Assembly (NCBI GenBank): GCA_963847445.1
Contig: CAWJZV010000030.1
Span: forward strand, 384,001-448,000
Length of the DNA: 64,000 nt
Direction: 5' to 3'
Source of the DNA: an uncultured delta proteobacterium
Lineage (GTDB): Bacteria > Desulfobacterota > Binatia > UBA9968
The stretch's first letter is position 1. Every line of letters begins with the position of its first letter. The translations under genes were made by a program, and so were the position numbers. This document shows, one piece after another, positions 1 to 10,100 of the stretch. Under the pieces are notes generated by a model that worked only from the letters and a program-made list of their open reading frames with translations, did no database searches and had not been told where the DNA came from.

Positions 1-2
1 AG

Positions 3-377
3 TTCGCCCTGGAGATTCGCAATAAAAACTGGATCAGCTGGGATTTTCTCGAAATGCTGCGCGAGCACCAGGTGGCCTACGCCTTGGTCGCCCAGGCCTG
101 GATGCCGAGCATCGATACCTTGGCCAAGGCGCTCGATTTGGTCACCAGCGACTTCGCCTATGTCCGCTTCATCGGCGACCGCAAAGCCATCGAGGCGAAA
201 ACCAAACGCTGGGACAAACTGATCGAAGATAAAACTCCGGAAATGAAAGTGTGGGTCAGCGAACTCAAGAAGATCACCGACAAGGGCGTCAAGACCTACG
301 CATTTTTCAACAATCATTACGCCGGCTTCTCGCCCGGATCGGTCAAACAATTTGAGGATCTCTGGGAGCAGGGCTAA
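3..377 (+). CDS. DUF72 (YecE-like) domain protein, 5' truncated by window edge
   Basis: The frame is open from base 3 (FALEIRNKNW...), with YVRFIG and YAFFNNHYAG motifs typical of the DUF72 C-terminus. Confidence 0.85.
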   Translation, partial: FALEIRNKNWISWDFLEMLREHQVAYALVAQAWMPSIDTLAKALDLVTSDFAYVRFIGDRKAIEAKTKRWDKLIEDKTPEMKVWVSELKKITDKGVKTYAFFNNHYAGFSPGSVKQFEDLWEQG

Positions 378-477
378 GCAGCTGTTTAGATATCGGCTTG
401 CGACAAGGCAAAGTAGTTCAATTCGAATCATTTCGAGCGTAGCGACGAAATCTCTGCGAAATTGGCGCCTGCGGACG

Positions 478-579
478 AGTCTTCCGAAAATAACCGGCCA
501 TGGTCGGGTTGGTAGAAGGAAATCCCTCTATTTGATTCACCGTGGGCGCGCGTAAGATCATGATTCACTTCGTGGTGAA
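478..579 (-). mobile_element. Miniature nested element, copy A (no internal REP pair)
   Basis: The reverse strand reads TCACCACGAAG-TGAATCATGATCTTACGCGCGCC...TATTTTCGGAAGA, with the same termini as the copies at 34143, 51402 and 55357. Confidence 0.6.
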
Positions 580-671
580 AGCACCATCACACTACTTGAC
601 GCAAAATCCCCTCACGGCGTATGCTCGCTCTCGTTGGCGAATTAACTCAAGCAAATTATTTGGAGGATTCT

Positions 672-1643
672 ATGGCTGCTAACGAAAAAAATGCCCTGCA
701 TCTCGCGACCCACTCGGGCTGGTATCGCTATGAACGGCGCGGCGAAAACTGGCAACAGACGGACCGCGCACTGACTTTCTGGCAAATGAGTTGTATTCAA
801 GTTGATCCCGACAACCCCAAGCATGTCTACGCCGGCACGGAGCATTCCGGCATGTTCATTACCAAAGACGGCGGCAAGGACTGGAAGCGCGCCGAACCCA
901 ACGTACCGATTTTGGAAATGTCGGCAATGCTCGCCTTACCTGGGAAAGTCTTGGTCGGCACCCGCCCCGCGGCCCTGTATATGGCGAAGAACGGCAGCGG
1001 CTGGCAGGAAGTTAAAGGCATTCGCCAAGGCGCCTTTGGCGGCACGTTTCCGCCCAATCCTGATTTGGCGCCGCGCACGCGCGTGCTGACCGCGGAGAAA
1101 GCTCCCGGTAACCGGCTCTATGCCGGCATCGAAGTCGGCGGCATATTGGTCAGCGATGACGACGGCGAGAGCTGGGTCAAACGCAACGACGGCCTAACCG
1201 ATCACGACCTGCACCAGATTTTATCGGCAAGCAAAAAGCCCGGCCTATTGGTGGCTGCCTGCGGCGAAGGGGTCGCGCGCAGCACCGATCGCGGCAACAA
1301 ATGGCAACCAGTCACCCCTGCCGGCGGCCGGACATACGGCAATGCCCTCGCCGAAGACGACAATGGCAATATCTATCTCGGTATCACCCAAGACCGCCCA
1401 CGCACCTGGACCCGCGCCGGACGCGCCAAGACGGCGATCTTCAAATCCCAAGACGGCGCCAACTGGGAGTTTCTAACCGACCAGATGAGCGGCGGTGTCA
1501 TGGAAATGTGCCCGAACGCCGACGGCAACGGCGTCTTGATCGCCACCGCTGACGGCGAAGTCGTCAACGTCGATTCCAATGGCAAGAGCCGCACATTGGT
1601 TAGCGGTGTGCCATGCATCAATGCGCTAGCTTTGGGAGCATAA
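672..1643 (+). CDS. BNR/Asp-box beta-propeller protein (WD40/YVTN/BNR-like, glycosyl hydrolase-like)
   Basis: Repeated SxDxGxxW Asp-boxes (TKDGGKDW, SDDDGESW, STDRGNKW, SQDGANW); GGAGGA RBS before the ATG at 672. Confidence 0.8.
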   Translation: MAANEKNALHLATHSGWYRYERRGENWQQTDRALTFWQMSCIQVDPDNPKHVYAGTEHSGMFITKDGGKDWKRAEPNVPILEMSAMLALPGKVLVGTRPAALYMAKNGSGWQEVKGIRQGAFGGTFPPNPDLAPRTRVLTAEKAPGNRLYAGIEVGGILVSDDDGESWVKRNDGLTDHDLHQILSASKKPGLLVAACGEGVARSTDRGNKWQPVTPAGGRTYGNALAEDDNGNIYLGITQDRPRTWTRAGRAKTAIFKSQDGANWEFLTDQMSGGVMEMCPNADGNGVLIATADGEVVNVDSNGKSRTLVSGVPCINALALGA

Positions 1644-1646
1644 AAT

Positions 1647-1720
1647 TCGTTTCGGGTTTCGGGTTTTGAGTTTCGGGTTGGGAGGGGGAACTCGAAACCC
1701 GGAACCCGTGACTCGAAACA
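1647..1720. repeat. Inverted heptamer-repeat hairpin (TTTCGGG / AACYCGR units) between convergent genes; probable bidirectional terminator
   Basis: cgtttcgggtttcgggttttgagtttcggg ... aactcgaaacccggaacccgtgactcgaaac. Confidence 0.6.
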
Positions 1721-1728
1721 GGTTTTGC

Positions 1729-2208
1729 TTACGCCGCCGGCAACTTCTGATACTTGCCTTTGAAAAATAACAGCGGCCGCTCGCCGTCAGCCGCGACGTT
1801 GAGGATCTCACCGACGACAATGGTATGATCGCCGCCGTCGTGGCAGGCGGTGATTTTACACTCCACCTGACCCAAGGCGCCGGCGATGAGAGCAACACCG
1901 TTGCTGCCGGCGTGCCAGTTCAAATCGGCGAATTTGTCGATCCCCTTGGTCGCGAAGCGGCGCGAGACATCTTCCTGATCTTCACTCAAAATATTCACGT
2001 TAAAACCATTGCCCGGCGCGAAGCAGCCGTAGCAAGTCGCGCCTTTATCGACACTGATGATCGCCAGCGGCGGATTGAGCGACAGCGACATGAACGCATT
2101 GGCCGTCAAGCCTTGCGGCGCACCGTCCTGGTCCCTGGCCGTAATCACGGTAACACCGGTGGCGAAGTGCCCCATGACGCGGCGCAGTTCTTGAGCTTCG
2201 ATGGCCAT
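1729..2208 (-). CDS. Flavin reductase family protein (HpaC/DIM6/NTAB)
   Basis: LRRVMGHFATGVTVIT, SLSLNPP and GGDHTIVVG motifs. Confidence 0.95.
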   Translation of the reverse strand: MAIEAQELRRVMGHFATGVTVITARDQDGAPQGLTANAFMSLSLNPPLAIISVDKGATCYGCFAPGNGFNVNILSEDQEDVSRRFATKGIDKFADLNWHAGSNGVALIAGALGQVECKITACHDGGDHTIVVGEILNVAADGERPLLFFKGKYQKLPAA

Positions 2209-2341
2209 TTTTTCTCCCGGTTTAAACAAAACTTTTCCAAGTGGTAGCAGAGCCCGCCGAGGACTGTCAATCGACTGCTGTTGCGCTAGACGCGACGGCG
2301 TGAAAAGTGTTATCTACTAATTACTTGAAGGAGGATTTCGT

Positions 2342-2905
2342 ATGGCCGTACAGGAACGCAAAGCCGAAAATACTTTTGACCGCTATATCGCCGAGGTGCG
2401 CGCCGTCTGGGGCGACGGCAAGGACCCGCAGCTACCCGACAAAGTGGCTGCACTCATGGAAAAGCTGTTCGCCTCGACCAGCCCCAACGATCCCTGGATG
2501 GCCGAGATCATTCGCGACGGCAAACCATCCCGTGAACTCTATCGCGATCCCGACCATGGCTTCATTCAAATGGGCCATGTGCACAAGCAAGGCCACGGCA
2601 ACACGCCCCATGACCACGGGCCTTGCTGGGTCGTTTACGGCGCCTTCAGCGGCATCACCGAGATCACCAAATACAAACGGACTGACGACGGCTCGCAGCC
2701 GGGCAAATGCGCTCTCGAAAAAGACCGCCTCGATACGCTTACCGCCGGCGTGGTCGTCCCCTACGTCACCGGCGACATCCACTCGACCCACGCGGCTCAA
2801 GGACCAGGGGTGGTTTTCCGCTTTTTGAGCTACGACTTGGATAAGATCGACCGCAGCCGTTACAACATGGAAAAAGGCACGGTCATCCCGGTGCCGGCGC
2901 GCTAA
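2342..2905 (+). CDS. Cysteine dioxygenase-like cupin
   Basis: TPHDHGPCWVVYG and GDIHS give a 3-His cupin metal site; GGAGGA RBS. Confidence 0.75.
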   Translation: MAVQERKAENTFDRYIAEVRAVWGDGKDPQLPDKVAALMEKLFASTSPNDPWMAEIIRDGKPSRELYRDPDHGFIQMGHVHKQGHGNTPHDHGPCWVVYGAFSGITEITKYKRTDDGSQPGKCALEKDRLDTLTAGVVVPYVTGDIHSTHAAQGPGVVFRFLSYDLDKIDRSRYNMEKGTVIPVPAR

Positions 2906-2942
2906 ACGCGGTTTTTCTGGATTACTGTGAAGAGGTAGGGAA

Positions 2943-3125
2943 CCGGATTCGGAAATGGCTCTCGCAAAGGCGCGCCAAGGTAGGGGCGATTCATGAATCG
3001 CCCTTACTGTCATTTCGACCCTTGGGTGAAATCTTTCTTAGATCCCTCGTGTTCCCTCGGGATGACGGGCATCGCCCGTCACCTTTGCGGCCTTGGGGTC
3101 TTTGCGAGAGATATTCCGAGTTCCG
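2943..3125. repeat. Composite nested palindromic repeat: outer CTCGCAAAG/CTTTGCGAG inverted repeat around a GTAG-REP and a GTCATTTCG...GGATGAC hairpin
   Basis: gtaggggcgattcatgaatcgccc at 2980; tgtcatttcgacc...cgggatgac at 3008-3067; similar to 38440-38610. Confidence 0.7.
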
Positions 3126-3153
3126 GACAAAAGCGTAACGAAGACATTTTCCC

Positions 3154-3864
3154 ATGAGTGGCAACGAGATCCTCTTCGAGCAAATCCGCTCCAGCGGTTG
3201 CCTCTCCTATGTGCTCGGCTGCGCCCGGGAAAAAACTTGCATCGTCATCGACCCCGAGATCGACAAGGCCGACGACTACGCCAGCCTGGTAAAATTCTTC
3301 GGCTCGAAACTCGTCTACGCCATCGACACCCACACCCACGCCGACCACAACTCCGCTTGCAAGCTCATGCGCGAACGCTACGGCGTCAAGGTCGTCATGC
3401 ATCGCGCCACCGACGCCCCCTACGTCGATATCAGAGTCGAGGACGGCGAGGAAATTCACTTCGGTACGCAGAGATTAAAAGTCATCTACACCCCCGGCCA
3501 TACCGAAGACGCCATGTGCCTGCTATTCAACGACCGCATCTTCACCGGCGACACCTTGCTCATCGGCGGCTGCGGCCGCACGGATTTACCCGGCGGCAGC
3601 GCCGAGCAGCAGTGGGACAGCCTGCGCCGCTTGCAAGCGCTGGGCAATGAACTCCGCGTCTATCCGGGCCATGACTATCGCGAAGCCGTGTCGACTCTCG
3701 GCGATGAAAAGCAAAAAAACCCGCGCCTGACCATCCCGTCGCGCGACGAATTCATCCAGTTCATGACCTCGCGCCACCCTCCCCTGCCGCGCAAGATCCA
3801 AGAAGCGCTGGAGTGGAACCGCACGCCGATCTACCGGCAGCGCGGCTTGGGGGAAGGGATCTGA
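3154..3864 (+). CDS. MBL-fold metallo-hydrolase, persulfide dioxygenase (ETHE1/Sdo)-like
   Basis: CLSYVLG, THTHADH, TPGHT, FTGDTLLIGGCGRTD and YPGHDY motifs. Confidence 0.85.
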   Translation: MSGNEILFEQIRSSGCLSYVLGCAREKTCIVIDPEIDKADDYASLVKFFGSKLVYAIDTHTHADHNSACKLMRERYGVKVVMHRATDAPYVDIRVEDGEEIHFGTQRLKVIYTPGHTEDAMCLLFNDRIFTGDTLLIGGCGRTDLPGGSAEQQWDSLRRLQALGNELRVYPGHDYREAVSTLGDEKQKNPRLTIPSRDEFIQFMTSRHPPLPRKIQEALEWNRTPIYRQRGLGEGI

Positions 3865-3981
3865 AGTATTTCAAATTACAGATTCCAAATTCCAAATCGG
3901 TTTCCTTAATCTCATTCTTACTGCTACTTGATCCCCGTTGCCTCGACTTCGCTGCATTGACTCTAGAACGTATCTCGTGTT

Positions 3982-5863
3982 TTGAATGATGGTGTGAAAC
4001 GCGAGCCATCAAACACAGATTCGACAAATCCCGACATCCTCGAAACCCTGCGCCGTTACTGGGGCTACAACGAGCTGCGACCGCTCCAAGAACAGGCGAT
4101 CCAGGCGGAGTTGGCGCACCGCGACTCGCTGGTCGTCATGCCCACCGGCGGCGGCAAGTCGCTGTGCTACCAGATCCCCCCCGCGGTGGCGAAGCGCACG
4201 GATATTGTCATCTCGCCGTTGATCTCGCTGATGAAAGATCAGGTCGACGGTCTGCGCGAATGCGGCTATCCCGCCGCGGCCCTTTACAGCGGCATGCCGC
4301 CCCACGCCGTGCACGAGACCGAAGCGCAGTTCCTTGCCGGGCGCTACCGCTTGCTGTTCGTCGCGCCGGAGCGCTTGCTAACGCCGCATTTCATGGAGCT
4401 CGCCGAGAAGATCAAAATTCACGCCTTCGCCATCGACGAAGCGCACTGCATCAGCCATTGGGGCCACGACTTCAGACCCGAATATCGCCGTCTGGCCGAA
4501 CTGAAAAAACATTTTCCCAAGGCCAGCCTGCATGCCTACACCGCGACGGCTACAGAGAGAGTCCGCCTCGACATCGCCCAGCAGTTGAAACTGCGCAATC
4601 CCGAGCTGCTGGTCGGCACCTTCGACCGGCCCAACTTAGTCTATCGCATCGTGCCGCGGGTCGACGCCCGCGCGCAAGTTTTGGAAATTCTGCAAGCGCC
4701 ACGCCAATCAAGCGGCGATCGTCTACTGCCTGAGCCGCAACGATACCGAGTCGATGGCGTCATTTCTCCAATCCAATAAAATTCGCGCGGCCCATTATCA
4801 CGCCGGCATGGAACCCGAGCAGCGCCGGCGCACCCAGGAAGAGTTCGCGTCCGAAGCCCTCGACGTGGTCGCGGCCACCGTCGCCTTCGGCATGGGCATC
4901 GACCGCAGCGACGTCCGCTGCGTCATCCACGCTGCCATGCCGAAGTCGGTCGAGCACTATCAACAGGAAACCGGCCGCGCCGGCCGCGACGGTCTGGAAG
5001 CGGAATGCGTGCTGCTGTACTCCGCCGCCGACGTGCTGCGCTGGGACTCGCTGATCACGCGCAATGCGACGGACGCCGACTCCACTCCGGAAACCATCGC
5101 CGCCTCGCGCCAACTGCTCGATCACATGCGCCAGATCTGCAGCGGCGTGCACTGCCGTCATAAGAAGCTATCTGAATATTTTGGCCAGGCCTACCCAAAA
5201 CCCAATTGCGAGGCCTGCGATGTCTGTCTCAGCGAAGTCGAAGGTCTCGCCGACGCGACGGTGACGGCGCAAAAGATCCTTTCCTGCGTCGCCCGCGTCG
5301 GCGAACGCTTCGGCATCGCCCATATCGTCGATGTCCTGGCCGGCGCCAACACCGAGCGAGTGCGCCGCTGGGAACACGAAAAGCTCAGCACCCACGGGCT
5401 GATGAAAGACACTGACCGCAAGTCTCTGACGAACATGCTTTACCAGCTCATCGACAATGGCCTGCTCGATCGCACCGATGAAGATTATCCCGTGCTGCGC
5501 TTGAACGACGCTTCCCGCGAAGTGCTGAAAGGCCAACGCACCGTCAAACTTCTCCAGCCGAAAATCAAAGCGAAGGTGAAGAAGACCCGCTACGACGAAC
5601 AGTCCTGGCAAAATGTCGACGAAGGTTTGTTTGAATCGCTGCGAGCGTTACGCCGCAAACTCGCCGATCAACGCGGCGTGCCAGCCTACGTCCTGTTCAA
5701 CGACGCCACCCTGCGAGATATGGCGCGCACGCGGCCGAGCTCCGCAAGCGCACTGCTGAATATTCGCGGCGTCGGTGAAAAGAAGCTGGCGGATATCGGC
5801 CAGCCATTTCTTGACGTGATTTCGAATTACTGTCGGGAGAAGCGGTTGGCGTTGGATTTGTGA
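3982..5863 (+). CDS. recQ: ATP-dependent DNA helicase RecQ (one frameshift near 4695, likely sequencing indel)
   Basis: MPTGGGKSLCYQ, DEAHCISHWGHDFRPEY, ATVAFGMGID, YQQETGRAGRDG, RQC zinc site and HRDC domain across two ORFs. Confidence 0.95.
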
Positions 5864-6049
5864 GTCGGCAGAGCGGCCGGCCCTGAAAAATAGGCGATAC
5901 CGTCATGATCCGAGTGAACGTGAAGAGACAGTTGTCAGCCTAGAGCGGATTCAATGCCGCGGGCGTCCATCGGGCGCCGACGCGGTGGCTCGTCGAAGCA
6001 TCGCGTAATCGATCGCAGCGAAAATGCCATTGCACGAATGGAGGGCACG

Positions 6050-7003
6050 ATGGCCCGTCTGTACATCACCTATAGCTCGAGGGATCGCGCCCTGGCGTTG
6101 CAGCTGGCCGCGCAGCTCCGTGCCTATGGCCACCAAATCGCAATTGACGTCGATTCGTTGGTGCCGGGAATCGAGTGGCGGCGGGAGCTGATGGACAAAC
6201 TGCTGCTCTGCGACGGCGTCGTGGTGCTACTGACCGCGAACGCGGTCGGCTCCCCGTTCGTGTTCTCCGAGATCGGTTCGGCGCGTGCATCGTCGCGCCG
6301 ATTCCTCATTCCAGTGATTGTCGGCGACCTGCCTATTCACCCGGTGGTTCAGGACATCTACGCCATTCGCATTCCATCGAGCTCAACACGCGAAGTTCGA
6401 AAGGCCGTCAAAAAGATCGACGAGGCGGTTAAGGCTCACCTCCGACGCTCAGCTGCCCTGCTGGGTGTTACCGTGCCCTCAGGATACGAGCACCTGAGCA
6501 CGCAAGTGCGCCGCTTCTGCGAAGACTCTCCGTTCGAGCGCAACGTCTTCGTCATGATGAAATTCCCGGACAAGACGAGCATGCCGGCACGGCATATCCG
6601 GCTCCTCAACGATGTCTGGGAGGTCATCAGCTCCCAGGCGGCCCGCCACGGCCTCGAGGCGAGACGAGCCGACCTGCAGGGCTATCACGACCAGCTTTGG
6701 GAAAACATCTGTGTGTACATCATCGGTTCCAAGTATGGGATCGCGGTCCTGGAGGACGAGGTCGCCAGCGAATTGAATCCCAACGTCGCGCTCGAGTACG
6801 GCTTCATGAAGGCTCTGGACCATCCGGTCGCTCTCATGCGCAGCAGCGGATTCAAGCACAGCCGCGCGGATTTGGCGGGCAAGCTCGCCAACACCTTCGA
6901 CATCGTCGGCGGAGTGCTGCGAAGCGCGAGTCTACGGCAAGCGGTCGGCGCGTGGTTCAAGGAGCAGGGGCTAGCGGCCCGGACGCGGGTCACGCGCCGA
7001 TAG
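6050..7003 (+). CDS. TIR_2 domain fused to a C-terminal nucleoside deoxyribosyltransferase/TIR-like domain
   Basis: N-terminal YITYSSRD...PGIEW...SPFVFSEIG (TIR). C-terminal VFVMMKF...ARRAD...LWENI...NPNVALEYGFMKAL...DLAG. GGAGGG RBS before the ATG at 6050. Confidence 0.75.
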   Translation: MARLYITYSSRDRALALQLAAQLRAYGHQIAIDVDSLVPGIEWRRELMDKLLLCDGVVVLLTANAVGSPFVFSEIGSARASSRRFLIPVIVGDLPIHPVVQDIYAIRIPSSSTREVRKAVKKIDEAVKAHLRRSAALLGVTVPSGYEHLSTQVRRFCEDSPFERNVFVMMKFPDKTSMPARHIRLLNDVWEVISSQAARHGLEARRADLQGYHDQLWENICVYIIGSKYGIAVLEDEVASELNPNVALEYGFMKALDHPVALMRSSGFKHSRADLAGKLANTFDIVGGVLRSASLRQAVGAWFKEQGLAARTRVTRR

Positions 7004-7327
7004 TCAGGACTTTTCAGTTGTGGACTAAGGCACTCGGCGGCGGCGCTGTTACTCCCGCAACTTTAGCCGCTAGCCAGAATCTCTGTTTTTGCCCCCTACT
7101 TTGTCACTCGTGATCTCGGTCAAATCCAGCGCCGGCGTAAGTCTATGGTCGCGCGGAGAAAATGCTCTACGTCTCAGTTCCCAGCAATTGCCAAAAGCAA
7201 GCGAACTTCTGCCGACCGGCACGCTCGTCGACGTCGAGATTTGGCCTCGGCGACGACTCAAAAATTGAGATTTCAGGAGTGAGTACTGCACCATGCACCG
7301 TAGCGTTGAGCAACCGGTAGTCTTGTA

Positions 7328-7343
7328 CGGCATAATTACTGCT
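7328..7343 (+). promoter_or_regulatory. Putative sigma54 -24/-12 promoter
   Basis: cGGCATAATTACTGCt (GG-N10-GC) just upstream of the receiver gene. Confidence 0.45.
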
Positions 7344-7359
7344 TGTTTCACATTCGTGA

Positions 7360-7782
7360 GTGAACACCAACAAAAAAATTCTTATAGTCGAAGACAATGA
7401 GGATTGCCGAGAGCTACAAGCCGTCGTCATCAGGCGTCTAGGGTATGAGGTGATTGAGGCCAACAATGGAGCTGCAGCAATAGAGGAGGCACTCGCTGAG
7501 AAACCCGACCTCATCCTGATGGACCTAAGTATGCCTAAAATGAGTGGTGAGGATGCAATCGTGCAGTTAAAAAATCTACCTTCTACAAGGGAGATACCGG
7601 TTATTATCTGTACGGCTTACGATGCCGGCCGCAGAGTAAACCGAGCCATCGTAGCCGGCGCCGTAGAAGTTTTGCACAAGCCGTTTAAATTCTCCGAGCT
7701 AGAAACCCTGCTGCGAAAGCATATACGAAGCCAGTGCAACGTCGCAATTTCCTTTTCAACCGCGTTAATCTACCACTTGTAA
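7360..7782 (+). CDS. Stand-alone response regulator receiver (CheY/DivK-like)
   Basis: KILIVEDN, PDLILMDLSMP, IICTAY and LHKPF motifs. Confidence 0.92.
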   Translation: MNTNKKILIVEDNEDCRELQAVVIRRLGYEVIEANNGAAAIEEALAEKPDLILMDLSMPKMSGEDAIVQLKNLPSTREIPVIICTAYDAGRRVNRAIVAGAVEVLHKPFKFSELETLLRKHIRSQCNVAISFSTALIYHL

Positions 7783-7880
7783 AATCGATTGGTGAGTCAC
7801 TCCTAATCCCGCCGCTCTTCTCGTAACGAGCCGCGAAAGTCCCCGGTTGAACCTAAGAAAAGCGGCGCGTGTCGGTGCGG

Positions 7881-8237
7881 TTACATCGGAATTCTATTGG
7901 TGTCGATAGTTGGAAAGGTTAGCATAATTCGTTGCGTTGCCTTAGATTTGAACTTGGCGGTTTGTCCCACGGCTGGAGCAGAGTTTATGTTTTTTGCCTC
8001 AGTATTGGGACACCGCTTTATTCTGTGGCACATCCTACTGATCACGGTTACGGAATTGAAGTCTGCGTAGTCCGATAGTTTTTTTCTGAAAAATATGTGA
8101 AGCGGCTGATGCTTTTCCGACCCAAAACTTACAGCAGGAGATGCCAGGAAATCTCCGACACATTCACGACACTCAGGATGGAGACAAAAGGAATAACAGT
8201 GCTCTGAAGCGGGCGTAACTGACATCACTCCAGTCAA
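7881..8237 (-). CDS. Hypothetical low-GC protein
   Basis: 118 aa ORF with AGGAGG RBS shortly before a TTG start; Cys/His-rich N-terminus; no recognisable family. Confidence 0.35.
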   Translation of the reverse strand: MTGVMSVTPASEHCYSFCLHPECRECVGDFLASPAVSFGSEKHQPLHIFFRKKLSDYADFNSVTVISRMCHRIKRCPNTEAKNINSAPAVGQTAKFKSKATQRIMLTFPTIDTNRIPM

Positions 8238-8459
8238 CTGTTACCTCCTTCTATGCGGCCAGTTTATCTCTGTAAGTTCCTTCCGATCTGAGCGTACAGC
8301 ACGCCCCTTAACTGCTTTTCTATCCTAAAAAAATTAGCGGTAAATGCTGCTGAGTTTCCTCTTTGGACCAGCACTTGCGTTGGGCACATATAGACTTGTG
8401 CTCGGGGAGAAAACAGTCCACTCAAATATGCCGGCCAGTGAATCCGATGATTTGTTCTA

Positions 8460-8475
8460 CGGCACTGCTCTTGCC
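8460..8475 (+). promoter_or_regulatory. Putative sigma54 -24/-12 promoter
   Basis: cGGCACtgctcTTGCc matches the YGGCAC-N5-TTGC consensus and lies upstream of the GGDEF gene. Confidence 0.6.
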
Positions 8476-8492
8476 GAAAAGGGAGTCCTACA

Positions 8493-10009
8493 TTGGAAGA
8501 GACCGAGATAATCATTGAGCGAAATGGGGAGTGCGAGAAGTCGCACAGTAGCGAAACTCGTTACCGGCGCCTGTTCGAGGCGGCCAAGGACGGCATCATT
8601 TCTTCGATGCGGATACGGGACGGATCACCGACGTCAACCCATTCCTGGAAGACCTGTTGGGTTATTCTACACCGAGTTGGTCGGCAAGGCGCTCTGGGAG
8701 ATCGGCCCGGTCCAGGACATTACCGCGAGCCAGGACGCCATGCGCAACTTGCAGAAACTGGAATACATCCGTTATGAGAATCTGCCGTTGGTCACCAAAG
8801 CCGGACAGCAAATCCAGGTGGAGTTCGTGAGCAATGTCTACCTCGTCGATCGCTGGCGCGTGATCCAATGCAACGTCCGCGACATCACCGCCCGCAAACA
8901 GGCCGAGGAGGGTCTGCGGACGGCCCATGACGAGCTGCGGCTTCGGTGACGGAACTGCAAAAGCGTGACGAGACCATGAAGTCGCTCATCCGGCTCAATG
9001 ATCTGCTGCAATCGTGCACCACCAAGGCCGAGGCCTACCGGGTGGTGGAGCTGATGGCGAACGAACTCTTCCCCGGGGACAGTGGTGGGTTAGCCATTTT
9101 GCATGCCCCGGATCAAGATTTGGAGACGGTGGCGCGGTGGGGCGACGAGACCGCGCTAGTGCCCAGTTTTTCATTGGAGGATTGTTGGGCGTTGCGGCGC
9201 GGCAAACTCCATGAGGTCATCGATCGACAGGCGGGTTTGGTGTGTAATCATTTTACCCATCAACCGGAGATCGGCTACTTGTGTGTGCCCTTGATGGTCC
9301 AAGGCGGCACGATCGGCCTGTTGTGTCTCACCGGCGCGCCGGAAAAGGTGATCGGTTCGATCACGCGCCAGCGACTGGCCGTGGCCGCGGGCGATACGAT
9401 CAAGCTGTCGTTCCATAATTTGAAACTAAGAGAGGACCTGCGCGAACAGGCCATCCACGATCCGCTGACCGGCCTGTGCAATCGGCGCTATTTGGAAGAA
9501 AGTTTATCGCGCGAGCTGTATCGAGCGGAGCGCGGCAAATCGCCGCTCAGCGTCGTGATGCTCGACCTCGACAACTTCAAGCCCTTCAATGACACCTTCG
9601 GCCACGATGCCGGCGATTCGCTGTTGCGCCAGTTGGGCCAGATGCTTCACGATAACCTGCGCAAGAGCGATATCGCGTGCCGCTATGGGGGCGATGAGTT
9701 CGTCCTGGTGCTGCCCGATTCCTCGGTGGCGGACACCGAGCGCCGCGTGGAGCAGATCCTCACTCTGGTCACAGAACTATCCTACTCAGAATGGCGCTCA
9801 GACCAGACATCACGATATCGGCCGGTATTGCTGGCGCGTCCGAGCACGGGTTCACGGCCGCTCAGATACTCCAGGCCGCGGACAGCGCCATGTATGACGC
9901 CAAGCATGCCGGGGGTGACTGTGTCGTTGTCTACCAGGCGCACAGACAGCTTGAAACAGCTGAAGGTGCCTCGCGCAACATGAGATCCTCGAGTCGCCAA
10001 TACTGCTGA
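8493..10009 (+). CDS. PAS-GAF-GGDEF diguanylate cyclase (several frameshifts)
   Basis: SETRYRRLFEAAKDGI and IQCNVRDIT (PAS); CWALRRG (GAF); DPLTGLCNRRY, RKSD I-site and YGGDEF; the C-terminal AADSAMYDAKHAG is in a shifted frame. Confidence 0.85.
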
Positions 10010-10100
10010 GATCCGGTCGGACCTCCCACTAAGTTCGATCTGGTCATCCATCACAAGGTGGCCAAGCAGGTCGGCTTGACGATTTCGCCCTATGTACTGA
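10000..10100 (+). pseudogene. Relic C-terminus of an ABC_sub_bind-type solute-binding protein
   Basis: Translates as PVGPPTKFDLVIHHKVAKQVGLTISPYVL, matching the recalled family tail PTKFELVINLKTAKQIGLTIPPNVL. Confidence 0.6.

Noticed and set aside
5864-5950. tRNA or att site at the island left border
   Set aside because: No cloverleaf, and no direct repeat matching the right border was found.
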